DNA of 63,630 nucleotides, counting the filler, from Octopus bimaculoides (taxonomy: Eukaryota): assembly GCF_001194135.2 (NCBI RefSeq). It is 7 parts of 6 records of this genome, joined end to end, with 100 filler letters (N's around TTAATTAATTAA, not from the genome) between each part and the next. Parts side by side here need not be neighbours in the genome. Positions count along the whole stretch, not along the records: positions 39,998 to 42,626 come from NC_068993.1; positions 42,727 to 58,180 come from NC_069001.1; 5 more parts are not named here. One strand, written 5' to 3'. The translations under genes were made by a program, and so were the position numbers. How positions within the stretch are numbered: position 1 is the first letter of the stretch; every line of letters starts with the position of its first letter. Below the pieces are notes generated by a model. That model was not told the origin of the DNA. It did not search any database and saw only the letters and a list, made by a program, of their open reading frames with translations. Below, piece after piece: positions 40,415 to 52,073 of this stretch.

Positions 40415-40760
40415 GTGGAGGCGCAATGGCCCAGTGGTTAGGGCAGCGGACTCGCGGTCATAGGATCGCGGTTTCGATTCCCAGACCGGGCGTTGTGAGT
40501 GTTTATTGAGCGAAAACACCTAAAAGCTCCACGAGGCTCCGGCAGGGGATGGTGGCGAACCCTGCTGTACTCTTTCACCACAACTTTCTCTCACTCTTAC
40601 TTCCTGTTTCTGTTGTGCCTGTATTTCAAAGGGGCCAGCTTTGTCACACTGTATCACGCTGAATCTCCCCGAGAACTACGTTAAGGGGACACATGTCTGT
40701 GGAGTGCTCAGCCACTTGCACGTTAATTTCACGAGCAGGCTGTTCCGTTGATCGGATCGG
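40415..40760 (+). mobile_element. SINE family D copy (tRNA-like head), well preserved, 3' end in gap
   Basis: A-box TGGCCCAGTGG and B-box GGTTTCGATTCC in a tRNA-like head, followed by a GC-rich body. Confidence 0.8.
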
Positions 40761-42441
40761 NNNNNNNNNNNNNNNNNNNNNNNNNNNNNNNNNNNNNNNN
40801 NNNNNNNNNNNNNNNNNNNNNNNNNNNNNNNNNNNNNNNNNNNNNNNNNNNNNNNNNNNNNNNNNNNNNNNNNNNNNNNNNNNNNNNNNNNNNNNNNNNN
40901 NNNNNNNNNNNNNNNNNNNNNNNNNNNNNNNNNNNNNNNNNNNNNNNNNNNNNNNNNNNNNNNNNNNNNNNNNNNNNNNNNNNNNNNNNNNNNNNNNNNN
41001 NNNNNNNNNNNNNNNNNNNNNNNNNNNNNNNNNNNNNNNNNNNNNNNNNNNNNNNNNNNNNNNNNNNNNNNNNNNNNNNNNNNNNNNNNNNNNNNNNNNN
41101 NNNNNNNNNNNNNNNNNNNNNNNNNNNNNNNNNNNNNNNNNNNNNNNNNNNNNNNNNNNNNNNNNNNNNNNNNNNNNNNNNNNNNNNNNNNNNNNNNNNN
41201 NNNNNNNNNNNNNNNNNNNNNNNNNNNNNNNNNNNNNNNNNNNNNNNNNNNNNNNNNNNNNNNNNNNNNNNNNNNNNNNNNNNNNNNNNNNNNNNNNNNN
41301 NNNNNNNNNNNNNNNNNNNNNNNNNNNNNNNNNNNNNNNNNNNNNNNNNNNNNNNNNNNNNNNNNNNNNNNNNNNNNNNNNNNNNNNNNNNNNNNNNNNN
41401 NNNNNNNNNNNNNNNNNNNNNNNNNNNNNNNNNNNNNNNNNNNNNNNNNNNNNNNNNNNNNNNNNNNNNNNNNNNNNNNNNNNNNNNNNNNNNNNNNNNN
41501 NNNNNNNNNNNNNNNNNNNNNNNNNNNNNNNNNNNNNNNNNNNNNNNNNNNNNNNNNNNNNNNNNNNNNNNNNNNNNNNNNNNNNNNNNNNNNNNNNNNN
41601 NNNNNNNNNNNNNNNNNNNNNNNNNNNNNNNNNNNNNNNNNNNNNNNNNNNNNNNNNNNNNNNNNNNNNNNNNNNNNNNNNNNNNNNNNNNNNNNNNNNN
41701 NNNNNNNNNNNNNNNNNNNNNNNNNNNNNNNNNNNGTGGGGGTGAGGTGGGGTGGATGTCACACCACAAAAATAGTAAATGGTTTACGGCGCAAAAGAAA
41801 TCACTATAAACTTACTAGAATAACATTCAGGATGTCATATCTCTGTAGTAAATATAGAAGTATATCTGTTTCTTAAAGTTAATGATGAGGATCTGATCAA
41901 AAGACTTTGCAATTAAAAATAGTGGAAGAAAACTTGTCAACTTCCACTCCGAACTCAGAGTGGAAATCCACAAAAATAAACACTATTTTCCATCTTACCG
42001 TTAGTTTTATTTCATTTTGATAAATACAAATTTATTTCATGGTTTGCTAGAAGTAATACTCGTCATTAATCGGGTAATTATTTTTACTCCTTCTCGGGAG
42101 CCAAATTCAAAGTGTTATATATATAATTTACTCCTCCTATATGTGTGTGTTTTATAAGAGAAAAACATATAATAATTGAAGTAGAAAAAAGGTCTATTCC
42201 AGGCACGAACTCCTGTTTGTTTATCGTATGACAATAATAAGTAAGTTGTATGTGTTATTTTATATATTAATTCAGTAATGGCAATTATATAGCACACAAA
42301 GGTAGCGAGCTGGCAGCATTGTTAGCACGCCAATAGGAAACCTGCAGTCTCTGTTTTCAGTCCTGAACATCTCAGCCACTGACGGCTTGTTGTTTAGTCT
42401 ATATCAGCATTTCGACTTCGAGATTATTATTATTAATATTA

Positions 42442-42478
<37 letters not shown>

Positions 42479-42544
42479 GTTGTATTTTTTCTTCTTTCTT
42501 CAAATTTTCTTCCATTTCTCGCCGAGTATTTTCTGTACACCTAG

Positions 42545-42595
42545 GGCAGAGAAACTCCTTGTATGCATTCCCAGTTTACACACGCAAATTCACAG
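42545..42595 (+). CDS. candidate 51-nt symmetric exon
   Basis: Acceptor tttctgtacaccctag and donor CAG|gtaaaa. All three frames are open; phase 2 gives AEKLLVCIPSLHTQIH, compatible with 39006-39178. Confidence 0.35.
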
Positions 42596-42726
42596 GTAAA
42601 ATATGTATTTTAAAAAAAATTAATAANNNNNNNNNNNNNNNNNNNNNNNNNNNNNNNNNNNNNNNNNNNNTTAATTAATTAANNNNNNNNNNNNNNNNNN
42701 NNNNNNNNNNNNNNNNNNNNNNNNNN

Positions 42727-42792
<66 letters not shown>

Positions 42793-42864
42793 GCATACAT
42801 ACATACATTTATATATACATACATACATACATACATACATGCATACATACATACATACATACAT

Positions 42865-43116
42865 ATATACATATATACATACGTAAGGCCCTTCTCGAAC
42901 CATAGCTTCATCGGTCCGCTTTCCCGGATTCTGTGGAATATATACTCTCCCATTTAAGTGACGCCAGTCCGTCGCAGGATTACTCATCTTTGTTAGCTAA
43001 GTGCACTGGAGCAACGTGAAATGAAGTGTTTTGCTCAAGAACATAATGCATCGCCCGGTTCAGGAATCGAAACCGCAATCATACGATCATGAGTGCAAAA
43101 CTCTAACCACTAAACC
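42865..43116 (-). mobile_element. SINE family C copy
   Basis: tRNA-like head, TTCTTGAGCAAAACACTTCATTTCACGTTGCTCCAG central domain, and CCTGCGACGGACTGGCGTC (V-SINE-like motif, inference). Confidence 0.8.
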
Positions 43117-43140
43117 AGTATATTCCCATCAAAATTTCTA

Positions 43141-43326
43141 GCGAGTGCAAACAAGCCGGATAATGTTGTCTGGGACAGACAAGAAAAGCCGTGTAACATC
43201 CAGGAGGTCAGCTGCCCTGGTGATGCTAATATCTCCTCAAAAATCAAAGAGTAAAAGGATAACTACGGAGAACTGGTTCGAAACCTCTAGCTTCTTCAAG
43301 ATCATAAATTCACATTTACACCAATA
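43141..43326 (+). mobile_element. relic of a restriction-like endonuclease (RLE) domain of an early-branched non-LTR retrotransposon
   Basis: ANKPDNVVWDRQEKPCNIQEVSCPGDANISSKIKE*KDNYGELVRNL* fits the KPD..(D/E)V..P....K..K..Y pattern of R4/HERO/NeSL-type RLE domains; two in-frame stops. Confidence 0.7.
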
Positions 43327-43469
43327 AGTATATATATGCATAAATACATACAAATAGACAAACAGGTATACTTATATACAAAGATATATGCATGCATATA
43401 TATACAAACAAGCCTATACATACATATACTCAATTATATACTCAATTTTATATTTTGATACTACGACAG

Positions 43470-43625
43470 GCATAAGGCTAGCAATTTTTATTGGAGGAAG
43501 ATTTATCGATTAAATTACCCCAGTCCTTGACTGGTACTTCATGTTTTCGATCCCGGAGCAATGAACGGCAAAGTTGCCTTCGGTTGGATTTGAAATCAGA
43601 ACATAGAGAGTCAGAATTTCACTCC
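43470..43625 (-). mobile_element. SINE family B copy, decayed
   Basis: CCCCAGT..GACTGGTACTT..TTTCGATCCC..AATGAACGGCAAAGTTG.CTTCGG.TGGATTTGAA. Confidence 0.7.
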
Positions 43626-43727
43626 GGGACTTATTTTGAAAGCCTGGTACTTTATTCTATCGGGTCTTTGCCGAACCGCTCTGTTGCGGGGAAGTGAACA
43701 CATCAACACCGGTTATCAAACATAGAC

Positions 43728-43774
<47 letters not shown>

Positions 43775-43789
43775 ACGTACATACATACA

Positions 43790-43825
<36 letters not shown>

Positions 43826-43930
43826 TATGTGTGTGTGTGGCGGGCTTCTTTAAGTTTCCACTCACAAGGCTTTGGTCGGCCCAAGGCTAAAGTAGAAGGT
43901 ACTTGCTCAAGGTGCTGCACAATAGGTCTG
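43626..43930 (-). mobile_element. SINE family A copy with internal (TATG)n(TG)n
   Basis: Matches family A head and body motifs. Confidence 0.8.
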
Positions 43931-44009
43931 AACCCGGAAGTTGTCAAATCCACAAATAAATAAATAAACAAATAAATATAAGTCGTGTGGGGTCACTATT
44001 TCTTTTTGG

Positions 44010-44372
44010 TGTTTTACTTGTGTCAGTCATTGGACTACGGCCCATGCTGGGGCAATGTATTGATGCGTTTTAATAAAAAAAAACAATCAACTTATTTTGT
44101 AAATTTGGTTTTTATTCTATCGGTTCGCTTTCGCCGAACTTCTAAGTCAAGCGGACGTAAACAAACCAACACCGGTTATCAAACAGTTTTGAGTGGACTA
44201 AAACATATGAATACACACACACACAGATATACGAGAGGCTTCTACACAGTTTCTGTCTCCCAAATTCACTCAACGATTTGGTCAATCCGGGGCTATAGTA
44301 GGGGACATTTGCCCAAGGTGGACTTGAAATTGAAACTACTTGGTTCCAAAGCAAGCGTCTTAACCACAAAAC
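44010..44372 (-). mobile_element. SINE family A copy, decayed
   Basis: Tail CAGTCATTGGACT.CGGCC, body and head motifs recognisable. Confidence 0.75.
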
Positions 44373-45939
44373 CATGCCCACTCCTATTGGAATACTTTCA
44401 ATCATGGTCTACCAACAGCTAAACAATAATAGCAGTAAGTGCTATCGAGCCGAAATTCTAGAAACAGCAATCAAATGTTCCTCAAACCACACCGTACCCT
44501 CTTGAAAAAAACGACACGATCATAGCTGGCATACCGATGATTGTGAATCTTCTCAATCTAGAATGACCTATGGCTAAACAGTAACAAAAAAATTCAATCG
44601 AACCAACGAGAAAGCCTCTTATTGGTTGTTATTCTTACTTCCAATCTTTTCCCCCTTTAATGGAAGAATTATTTCCAATCATTATTACCAAAGAAATATG
44701 CTGTCATTTTTACGACACCCAAATACTATATGCTATCTAATATATCGTGGCTCATTCCGAAATTCTATAGCATGGCACAGTTTCAAGTATTAGACCCTAC
44801 CTCGGCTCAAAATAATTGACCGTGATACCCAGTTTTTACAAATATTTCACGGCAGCTCACTCCCCGATCTTCTAAATATTTACTCCTCGTTGAAAGAACG
44901 TTGGCCACAAGCGCCAAGTTTTGTTTGGACTAAAACGTTTACGTTGCTGTACAACTAAACATTGCAAGAAAGGACATTGTTACTAAATAAAAGCGTTATT
45001 CAGCCAAGACTACGAGAGCCGGGTGTATGAATGTGTGTATGTATGTATGTTTGTATGTATGTATGTGGTGTATGCATGTATGTATGTGTGTGTGTATGTA
45101 GTGTATGTATGTATGTTTGTATGTGTGTATCTGGTGTATGTATGTATATAGTGTATATACATGTGTGTGTGTGTATGTTTGTGTGCATGAACCTATTTAT
45201 GCATTCATGAATGTATATATGTGTTTGTGTTTATGTGTGCATGTATGCATATGTATATACACATATATACACATACTCAGATACGTATGTATCTATGTAG
45301 GTATACATATACATATAACTTCAGACATATATATACTTATGTATGAGTGTGTGAGTGTATGTATATATACAAACACACCCACATATATTTTTCACACATA
45401 CACATACCCACACACACACACATATATATATACACGTATATATATGTAGATATATGTGTGTGTGTGTATGTACATATATGTGTGTGCGTGTGTATACGGT
45501 ATCATGTTTCTATATGTATGTGTGTGTATATATAATATATACTTACACTGTCACGCACACACGTATGTGTGTGTTTATGCACTTCCATCCCCGCTCTCAC
45601 ACACACACATACATACACACATACACACACACACTCAAACACACACATATCAGTTATCCATCTTAGTTTCTTCTGTCTGCACTCATCATTATCCCTCAAC
45701 TCCACCCCCACCGCTCAAACTCCGAGTGACTCACTCTCGCCCTATTTCCGCCTATCTTCGATGACCAACCACCCTCAATACACCCACCACCCCTTTGCCG
45801 CCAAAGAAATAAACCCACACCTATATTTCAAACACCAAAAACAAATAATAAAAATAATAAAGCAATGAGAGCACCACTATATAGTTGGTGGACTACCTAG
45901 AAATAGCAGCCAAACTTCCCTCATAATCTAAAATGTTGT

Positions 45940-46200
45940 ATCACGGTATCACCGTAATGACCAGACTATCGGATATTGTTATACACCGCTGGTCACAATG
46001 CGCTTCGTATTATTCATGCAGATTAGGTGAGCAGGCCAACATTGCCCCGTTGCAGGATTACTCTATTTACAGCAGAATGGATTGGAACAACGTGAAATGA
46101 AGTGTCTTTTTGCTGAGGAAGAAAACATGCCACCCGATCCGTGAATCGAACCCACGATCTAGTTGTGATGAGTGCAACACTCTTACCGCAATGCCACGCA
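45940..46200 (-). mobile_element. SINE family C copy, decayed
   Basis: GGAACAACGTGAAATGAAGTGTCTT and GAATCGAACCCACGATC motifs shared with 42865-43116. Confidence 0.7.
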
Positions 46201-46214
46201 TATTGTATAATGGT

Positions 46215-46430
46215 TTAAAATTTTGGCACAAGGTCAACAATATTTAGGGAAGGGTGAGTCGATAACATCGAGCCCCAGTGCTGAACTGGTACTTATTTTA
46301 TCGACCTCTGAAAGGTTAGCAGGCTGTGTTAGCCTCGGCGCAATTGATCTCCGAACGTAAAAACCTGGAAGAAATGGCGCTAAAATTACGTTCGACTCGC
46401 AAACGATTCTGCCAGTTTGCCACCTTAATA
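46215..46430 (-). mobile_element. SINE family B copy (common tail)
   Basis: TTTTGGCACAAGG...CCCCAGTGCTGAACTGGTACTTATTTTATCGACC...CGATTCTGCCAGTTTGCCACC. Confidence 0.8.
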
Positions 46431-46824
46431 ACGCCATTGATAATTTTTTCTACTTCTTTCTAATTATGGCCCCCAAAGAAGTAGAGAAGAGAGAGGATGG
46501 CTAAATGAATTACAAACAAATGCTAAACCTACTGATCAACCATGAGAATCAGGTGATTAAAAACAAGAATGACTGATCTATAATGATGAAAATATTTCGT
46601 TATGTTATATTTAAAACTCTGAAACCTATACATGCTGACTCACTGCCTTGCTTCAAAACAGCTGCAGTGGAAATGTGTCAATGACCAGGTTGCAGCTGGT
46701 GCGACGAAAATTTTGACACCAAATAATAAATGCTTAAATGAAGCTAACAGTCTTTGTATGTTTTTTTTTTCTTGTTACTATAGCTCCCAGAGAAGTTCCC
46801 CTCCCCACTTAGAGAAAGACGGGA

Positions 46825-47072
46825 GGAGGCGTCGCTGTGTGGTTAAAAGCTTGCTTCGCAATTACATGGTTCCGGGTTCAGTCCAACTGCATGGCACCTT
46901 GATCAAGTGTCTGCTCCTATAGCCTGGGCTTGTGAGTGGAGTTGGTAGACGGAAACTGAAAGAAGCTTGTCTTATGTATGTGTGTGTGTCTTTGTATCTG
47001 CGTTTATTCCCCCATCATCACTTGACAACCGATACGGGTGTGTTTACGTCTCCATAACTTAGCGGTTCGGCA
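46825..47072 (+). mobile_element. SINE family A copy, 3'-truncated
   Basis: Head GCTGTGTGGTTAAAAGCTTGCTT..GGTTCCGGGTTCAGTCC, then body to GCGGTTCGGC. Confidence 0.8.
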
Positions 47073-47084
47073 CGTAAAGGCACT

Positions 47085-47245
47085 CATTACAATCTTGGAG
47101 TGGTTGACTTTAGCAAGGACATCCAGCCGTAGAAGCCATGACAAATCAGACTGGAGTCTGGTGCAGCCTTCTAGCGTGCTAGCCCAGTCAAACCGTCCAA
47201 CCCATGCCAGCATGGACAACGAACATTAACTGGTGATGATAATGA
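47085..47245 (+). mobile_element. 3' fragment of the SINE tail also seen at 62290-62488
   Basis: TCAGACTGGAG.CTGGTGCAGCC...CAGTCAAACCGTC.AA.CCATG..AGCATG. Confidence 0.7.
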
Positions 47246-48019
47246 TAGATATATATATATATATATATATATATANNNNNNNNNNNNNNNNNNNNNNNNN
47301 NNNNNNNNNNNNNNNNNNNNNNNNNNNNNNNNNNNNNNNNNNNNNNNNNNNNNNNNNNNNNNNNNNNNNNNNNNNNNNNNNNNNNNNNNNNNNNNNNNNN
47401 NNNNNNNNNNNNNNNNNNNNNNNNNNNNNNNNNNNNNNNNNNNNNNNNNNNNNNNNNNNNNNNNNNNNNNNNNNNNNNNNNNNNNNNNNNNNNNNNNNNN
47501 NNNNNNNNNNNNNNNNNNNNNNNNNNNNNNNNNNNNNNNNNNNNNNNNNNNNNNNNNNNNNNNNNNNNNNNNNNNNNNNNNNNNNNNNNNNNNNNNNNNN
47601 NNNNNNNNNNNNNNNNNNNNNNNNNNNNNNNNNNNNNNNNNNNNNNNNNNNNNNNNNNNNNNNNNNNNNNNNNNNNNNNNNNNNNNNNNNNNNNNNNNNA
47701 AAGAGATATATATATATTTCAATACGGAGCAAATAACGCAAGAGAATATTGACTCTATTATTATCTAGTGTAACAATTAAAAATGATAATAACAGAATCA
47801 GTAATATAGGCGATTGCAGGCCCCAAAAAGCATTAAATAGCTGAAGGATTAAGAATTAATCAAAGGACATACTAAGTATGTCTACCTGCTGGAAATAACA
47901 GTCAAAACTCTTATTTAAATCGCTGCAGAAAACACTGATAATAACTACAGAAATCAACCGTCTGCGGGCAAAACGGGCTAAGACAGTCTCTCAGCATACA
48001 TTCAAGTATTTGAACTCAC

Positions 48020-48118
48020 GTGGACCGGTTTCTGGATTGGCATTATAGCTTCACCTCCCTCAGCACACGTTACTATGATGGAAAGCCCCAACCCGTCACG
48101 TTGGAGTCTGCGCTGCAA
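48020..48118 (-). CDS. candidate 99-nt phase-0/0 exon (LQRRLQRDGLGLSIIVTCAEGGEAIMPIQKPVH)
   Basis: Consensus donor CAC|gtgagt in a GC-rich island; acceptor is weak and plus-strand frames are also partly open. Confidence 0.3.
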
Positions 48119-48630
48119 CTGATTCGGTTTGCGCCGAATCGTAGCAGCCGACAGTGTGAAAATAATTTCAATATGGAGCAAGTAATTCAGAAGAAAATAT
48201 TTGCGAAGATATTATTGACTCTGTTATATATATTTAGAAGCAGACACAAGACAGACACAGACAGATACAGACAGAAAGGTAGACAGATATGTATATATGT
48301 TTTTCTCTCTCTGTTTACTTCGTTCTCTCTCCATTTTTTCCTCTTATTCCTTCCTGTCGAAGAGCGTAGACTCGAAACGTAAAAGACTTCTCCGTTTTTC
48401 CCGAATGTTAAACTAATACACCTGCTTGTTGTTCCTACACCTGTCTTCGTCTTTTTTTTGTTTTGTTTTTGTTATATATATATATATATATATACAAATT
48501 AAAAGGGTAAAGGATTATCAATTTATTAATTAATAAATCAATTAACAATTAATAATTTTTGCCAAGCCCATCGGTATGAAAGCACCATTATTGGTGGAGA
48601 ACTTATTTAAAAGCTCATATATATTTATAA

Positions 48631-48689
48631 ACATAATTAAGGGATCAGCAAATATATGTGGCGAAGCAAATATTTGCTGATCCCTTAAT

Positions 48690-48694
<5 letters not shown>
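48631..48694. repeat. perfect 25-bp inverted repeat with a 14-nt loop
   Basis: ACATAATTAAGGGATCAGCAAATAT / ATATTTGCTGATCCCTTAATTATGT. Confidence 0.95.
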
Positions 48695-48730
<36 letters not shown>

Positions 48731-48732
48731 TT

Positions 48733-48930
48733 TCATTCTTTTACTTCTTTCAGTCATTTGACTGCGGCCATGCTGGAGCACCACCTTAAAGAGTTTTAGT
48801 CGAACAAATCAACCCCGGGACTTATTCTTTGTAAGACTAGTACTTATTCTATCGGTTTTTTTTTAGCCAAAACGCTACGTTACGGGGACGTAAACACACC
48901 AACATCGGTTGTCAAGCGATGGTGAGGGAC
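48733..48930 (-). mobile_element. SINE family A 3' half
   Basis: CAGTCATTTGACTGCGGCCATGCTGGAGCACC...CATCGGTTGTCAAGCGATGG. Confidence 0.85.
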
Positions 48931-49084
48931 AAGCACACACACACACACACACATATATATGTACGTATGTATACATTTATACGTATATATACAGAAGTAT
49001 ATCCATATATGTATGTGTGTATGTTTGTCTATGTATGTATAAATAATACTTTCATATTATGTGTATTGTATATATACGTTTATA

Positions 49085-49669
49085 TGTCTATGCATGGAGT
49101 GTTCATAGACTTCACATGAACTTTAGGTAGTTTTCAACAAACATGGTTGTCCTCGAAATTTCATCAACTTGGTTAGGCCCCTGCACGAAGGAATGCAGGC
49201 ATTTGTAGTACAAGATAGCAATACCTAAAGCGAGTTGCTCCAGCACTGGTCTTCTTTTATCTCGCAGCAGTGTTGAACGCTGCCTTTGAAGAAGTTGGTG
49301 GAATTTTTACAACGAGGCGCGGCATAATGCTGGTCTGTTCAATGCTACGCCGTATAAAGCCTAGATGCGCATTATGAAGGCCTTACTACGAGAGATGTTG
49401 TTCACTTACGATAGTATGCTGATTGCCCAAAGCGCTGAAGATATGCAGAGACTGGTAGATAACTTTGCCAGAGTTGCACAGGGATTGCGCATTAGTGGCT
49501 GTGTGGTAAGTAGCTTGCTTACCAACCACTTGGTTCTGGGTTCGTTCCCACTGCGTGGCACCTTGGGCAAGTGTCTTCTACTATAGCCTCGGGCCGACCA
49601 AAGCCTTGTGAGTGGATTTGGTAGACGGAAACTGAAAGAAGCCTGTCGCATATATGTATGTATATATGC

Positions 49670-49704
<35 letters not shown>

Positions 49705-50760
49705 NNNNNNNNNNNNNNNNNNNNNNNNNNNNNNNNNNNNNNNNNNNNNNNNNNNNNNNNNNNNNNNNNNNNNNNNNNNNNNNNNNNNNNNNNNNNNNNN
49801 NNNNNNNNNNNNNNNNNNNNNNNNNNNNNNNNNNNNNNNNNNNNNNNNNNNNNNNNNNNNNNNNNNNNNNNNNNNNNNNNNNNNTTTGTGTGTCTGTGTT
49901 TGTGCCCCCAACATCGCTTGACAACCGACGGTTGTGTGTTTACGTCCCCGTAACTTAGCTGTTCGGCAAAAGAGACAGATAGAATAAGTACTAGGCATCC
50001 AAAGAATAAGTCCTGGGGTCGATTTTCTCGACTAAAAAGGCGATGCTCCAGCATGGCCGCAGTCAAATGACTGAAACAAGTAAATGAGTAAACAGTTCAG
50101 CTTCAAGATTAACATCAGAAAAACTGAATGCCTTTACCAGCCTGTGGAGAATCTAAGTTCCTCTGTAACAAAAGAAAACATCACTGGTGAACATGAAAGG
50201 CTGGCCCTGTGCAAAGCATTCTCAGATAGTGTACGACTGGACCAGGAAGTCACATACAGAAGGAGCAGAGCTTATGCTTCATTTGGTAGGTTACAGAGGA
50301 ACTGTGGAAAATAGGCATGTTCCTTTACGTGCCAAATGTAAGGTATACCGGGTTATAGGGCTTTCTTCCCTGTTGTTTGGAGTTGAGACCTGGACAGTCT
50401 ATAAAGTAGACAAATTACATGCCTATATGATGATACAGCTGCGACGAATTATGGATATATTATTCTCTTTGACAAGATCAGGAATGAAGAGATCCCACGG
50501 TGTTCTGATCTCCATCCTATGATGGAAATCCTCATGGATAGAAATTTACGTTGGTTGGGTCACGTACACAGGATGGACAACAACAGACTCCCCAGTCAAC
50601 TCTTTGACTCCCAACTATGCAAGGGGCAAAGAAACCATGGAAGACCTAGACTGAGATTAAAAGATACTGCAGAAAGGAACATGAAGTGGGAAAGAATTGG
50701 TCAGAATAAATGGCAAACTCAAACGAAAAATCGGCCAGTATGAAGAAAGCTTATCAAAGC
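49085..50760 (+). mobile_element. decayed RTE (BovB-like) LINE reverse transcriptase region, interrupted by a SINE
   Basis: VFIDFT; GCPRNFINLVRPLHEGM; LLREMLFTYDS (LFADD relic); QFSFKINIRKTE; AKCKVYRVIGLSSLLFGVETWTVY; LRWLGHVHRMDNNRLPSQLF...GRPRLRLKD. Confidence 0.9.
49481..50085 (+). mobile_element. SINE family A, full-length, nested in the RTE LINE
   Basis: Head with CCTTGGGCAAGT (CORE-like, inference), internal (TG)n, body and tail; splits the RTE peptide FARVA|SKQFSFK. Confidence 0.9.
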
Positions 50761-50849
50761 CATGAGCAGTCTTAGTTTTGACGACTGACTGGAGATAATG
50801 TGGGTGAGTATCTGTGTGTGTGTGTGTTTGCGTACGTAATGCGGGGAGT

Positions 50850-50985
50850 TCGTAGAATCGCTAACGCCACGGACAAATGCATTTCTTCCGGCTCTTTTGG
50901 CTATGAATTCAAATACCACCGAGTCCAAACTTCGCCTTTCATCCTTTCTAGGTCCAATAAAAAAACGTACCAGTCGAATATTGGC
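50850..50985 (+). mobile_element. SINE family B copy, decayed
   Basis: AGAATCGCTAAC head, AATTCAAATACC, CTTCGCCTTTCATCCTTTC, GTACCAG. Confidence 0.65.
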
Positions 50986-51973
50986 GGCAGGAGGTTCAAC
51001 GCAATCGCTTTGATCTCTACCCTCAAAACTGTTGGCCTTGAACTCCTCAACCCTTCAAAGGACTGGTGTCCCATTCTACAGGGGTGTTGCAAACTCGGTC
51101 ACCAACACACCAAGGNNNNNNNNNNNNNNNNNNNNNNNNNNNNNNNNNNNNNNNNNNNNNNNNNNNNNNNNNNNNNNNNNNNNNNNNNNNNNNNNNNNNN
51201 NNNNNNNNNNNNNNNNNNNNNNNNNNNNNNNNNNNNNNNNNNNNNNNNNNNNNNNNNNNNNNNNNNNNNNNNNNNNNNNNNNNNNNNNNNNNNNNNNNNN
51301 NNNNNNNNNNNNNNNNNNNNNNNNNNNNNNNNNNNNNNNNNNNNNNNNNNNNNNNNNNNNNNNNNNNNNNNNNNNNNNNNNNNNNNNNNNNNNNNNNNNN
51401 NNNNNNNNNNNNNNNNNNNNNNNNNNNNNNNNNNNNNNNNNNNNNNNNNNNNNNNNNNNNNNNNNNNNNNNNNNNNNNNNNNNNNNNNNNNNNNNNNNNN
51501 NNNNNNNNNNNNNNNNNNNNNNNNNNNNNNNNNNNNNNNNNNNNNNNNNNNNNNNNNNNNNNNNNNNNNNNNNNNNNNNNNNNNNNNNNNNNNNNNNNNN
51601 NNNNNNNNNNNNNNNNNNNNNNNNNNNNNNNNNNNNNNNNNNNNNNNNNNNNNNNNNNNNNNNNNNNNNNNNNNNNNNNNNNNNNNNNNNNNNNNNNNNN
51701 NNNNNNNNNNNNNNNNNNNNNNNNNNNNNNNNNNNNNNNNNNNNNNNNNNNNNNNNNNNNNNNNNNNCTTCTCTCAGTCTCTCTCTCTCTCTCTCTCTCA
51801 CACACCCTCTCTCTCTCTCTTTCGATTTCTCTCTCTTTCGGTTTCTCGTTCTTTGTAAATATTTGTGAGATTGTAAGAAACTGAGCACGTACGTACGCTT
51901 TCATACTCAAGCATAAATATACACACATATACGCGCACGTACACGCACACACATACACACATGTGTGTGTATC

Positions 51974-52004
<31 letters not shown>

Positions 52005-52047
52005 TGGAGTGTGTGTATGAGCATGTATGTGTGTATATTTATTCATA

Positions 52048-52073
52048 AGCAGCAGAGGTACCCCGGCGTTGCC
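52048..52073 (-). mobile_element. degenerate Helitron 3' terminus remnant
   Basis: AGCAGAGGTACCCCGGCGTTGCC resembles the reverse complement of 40263-40284. Confidence 0.4.

Noticed and set aside
42361-42430. Cadherin-like peptide VLNISATD...FDFE behind a ttttcag acceptor
   Set aside because: The spacing is far too short for a cadherin repeat, the DxD motif is missing and the frame runs into (ATT)n; probably chance.
48020-48118. PDZ domain call from GLGLSII
   Set aside because: Only the 7-residue motif matches and the following sequence lacks PDZ features; kept only as an unnamed candidate exon.
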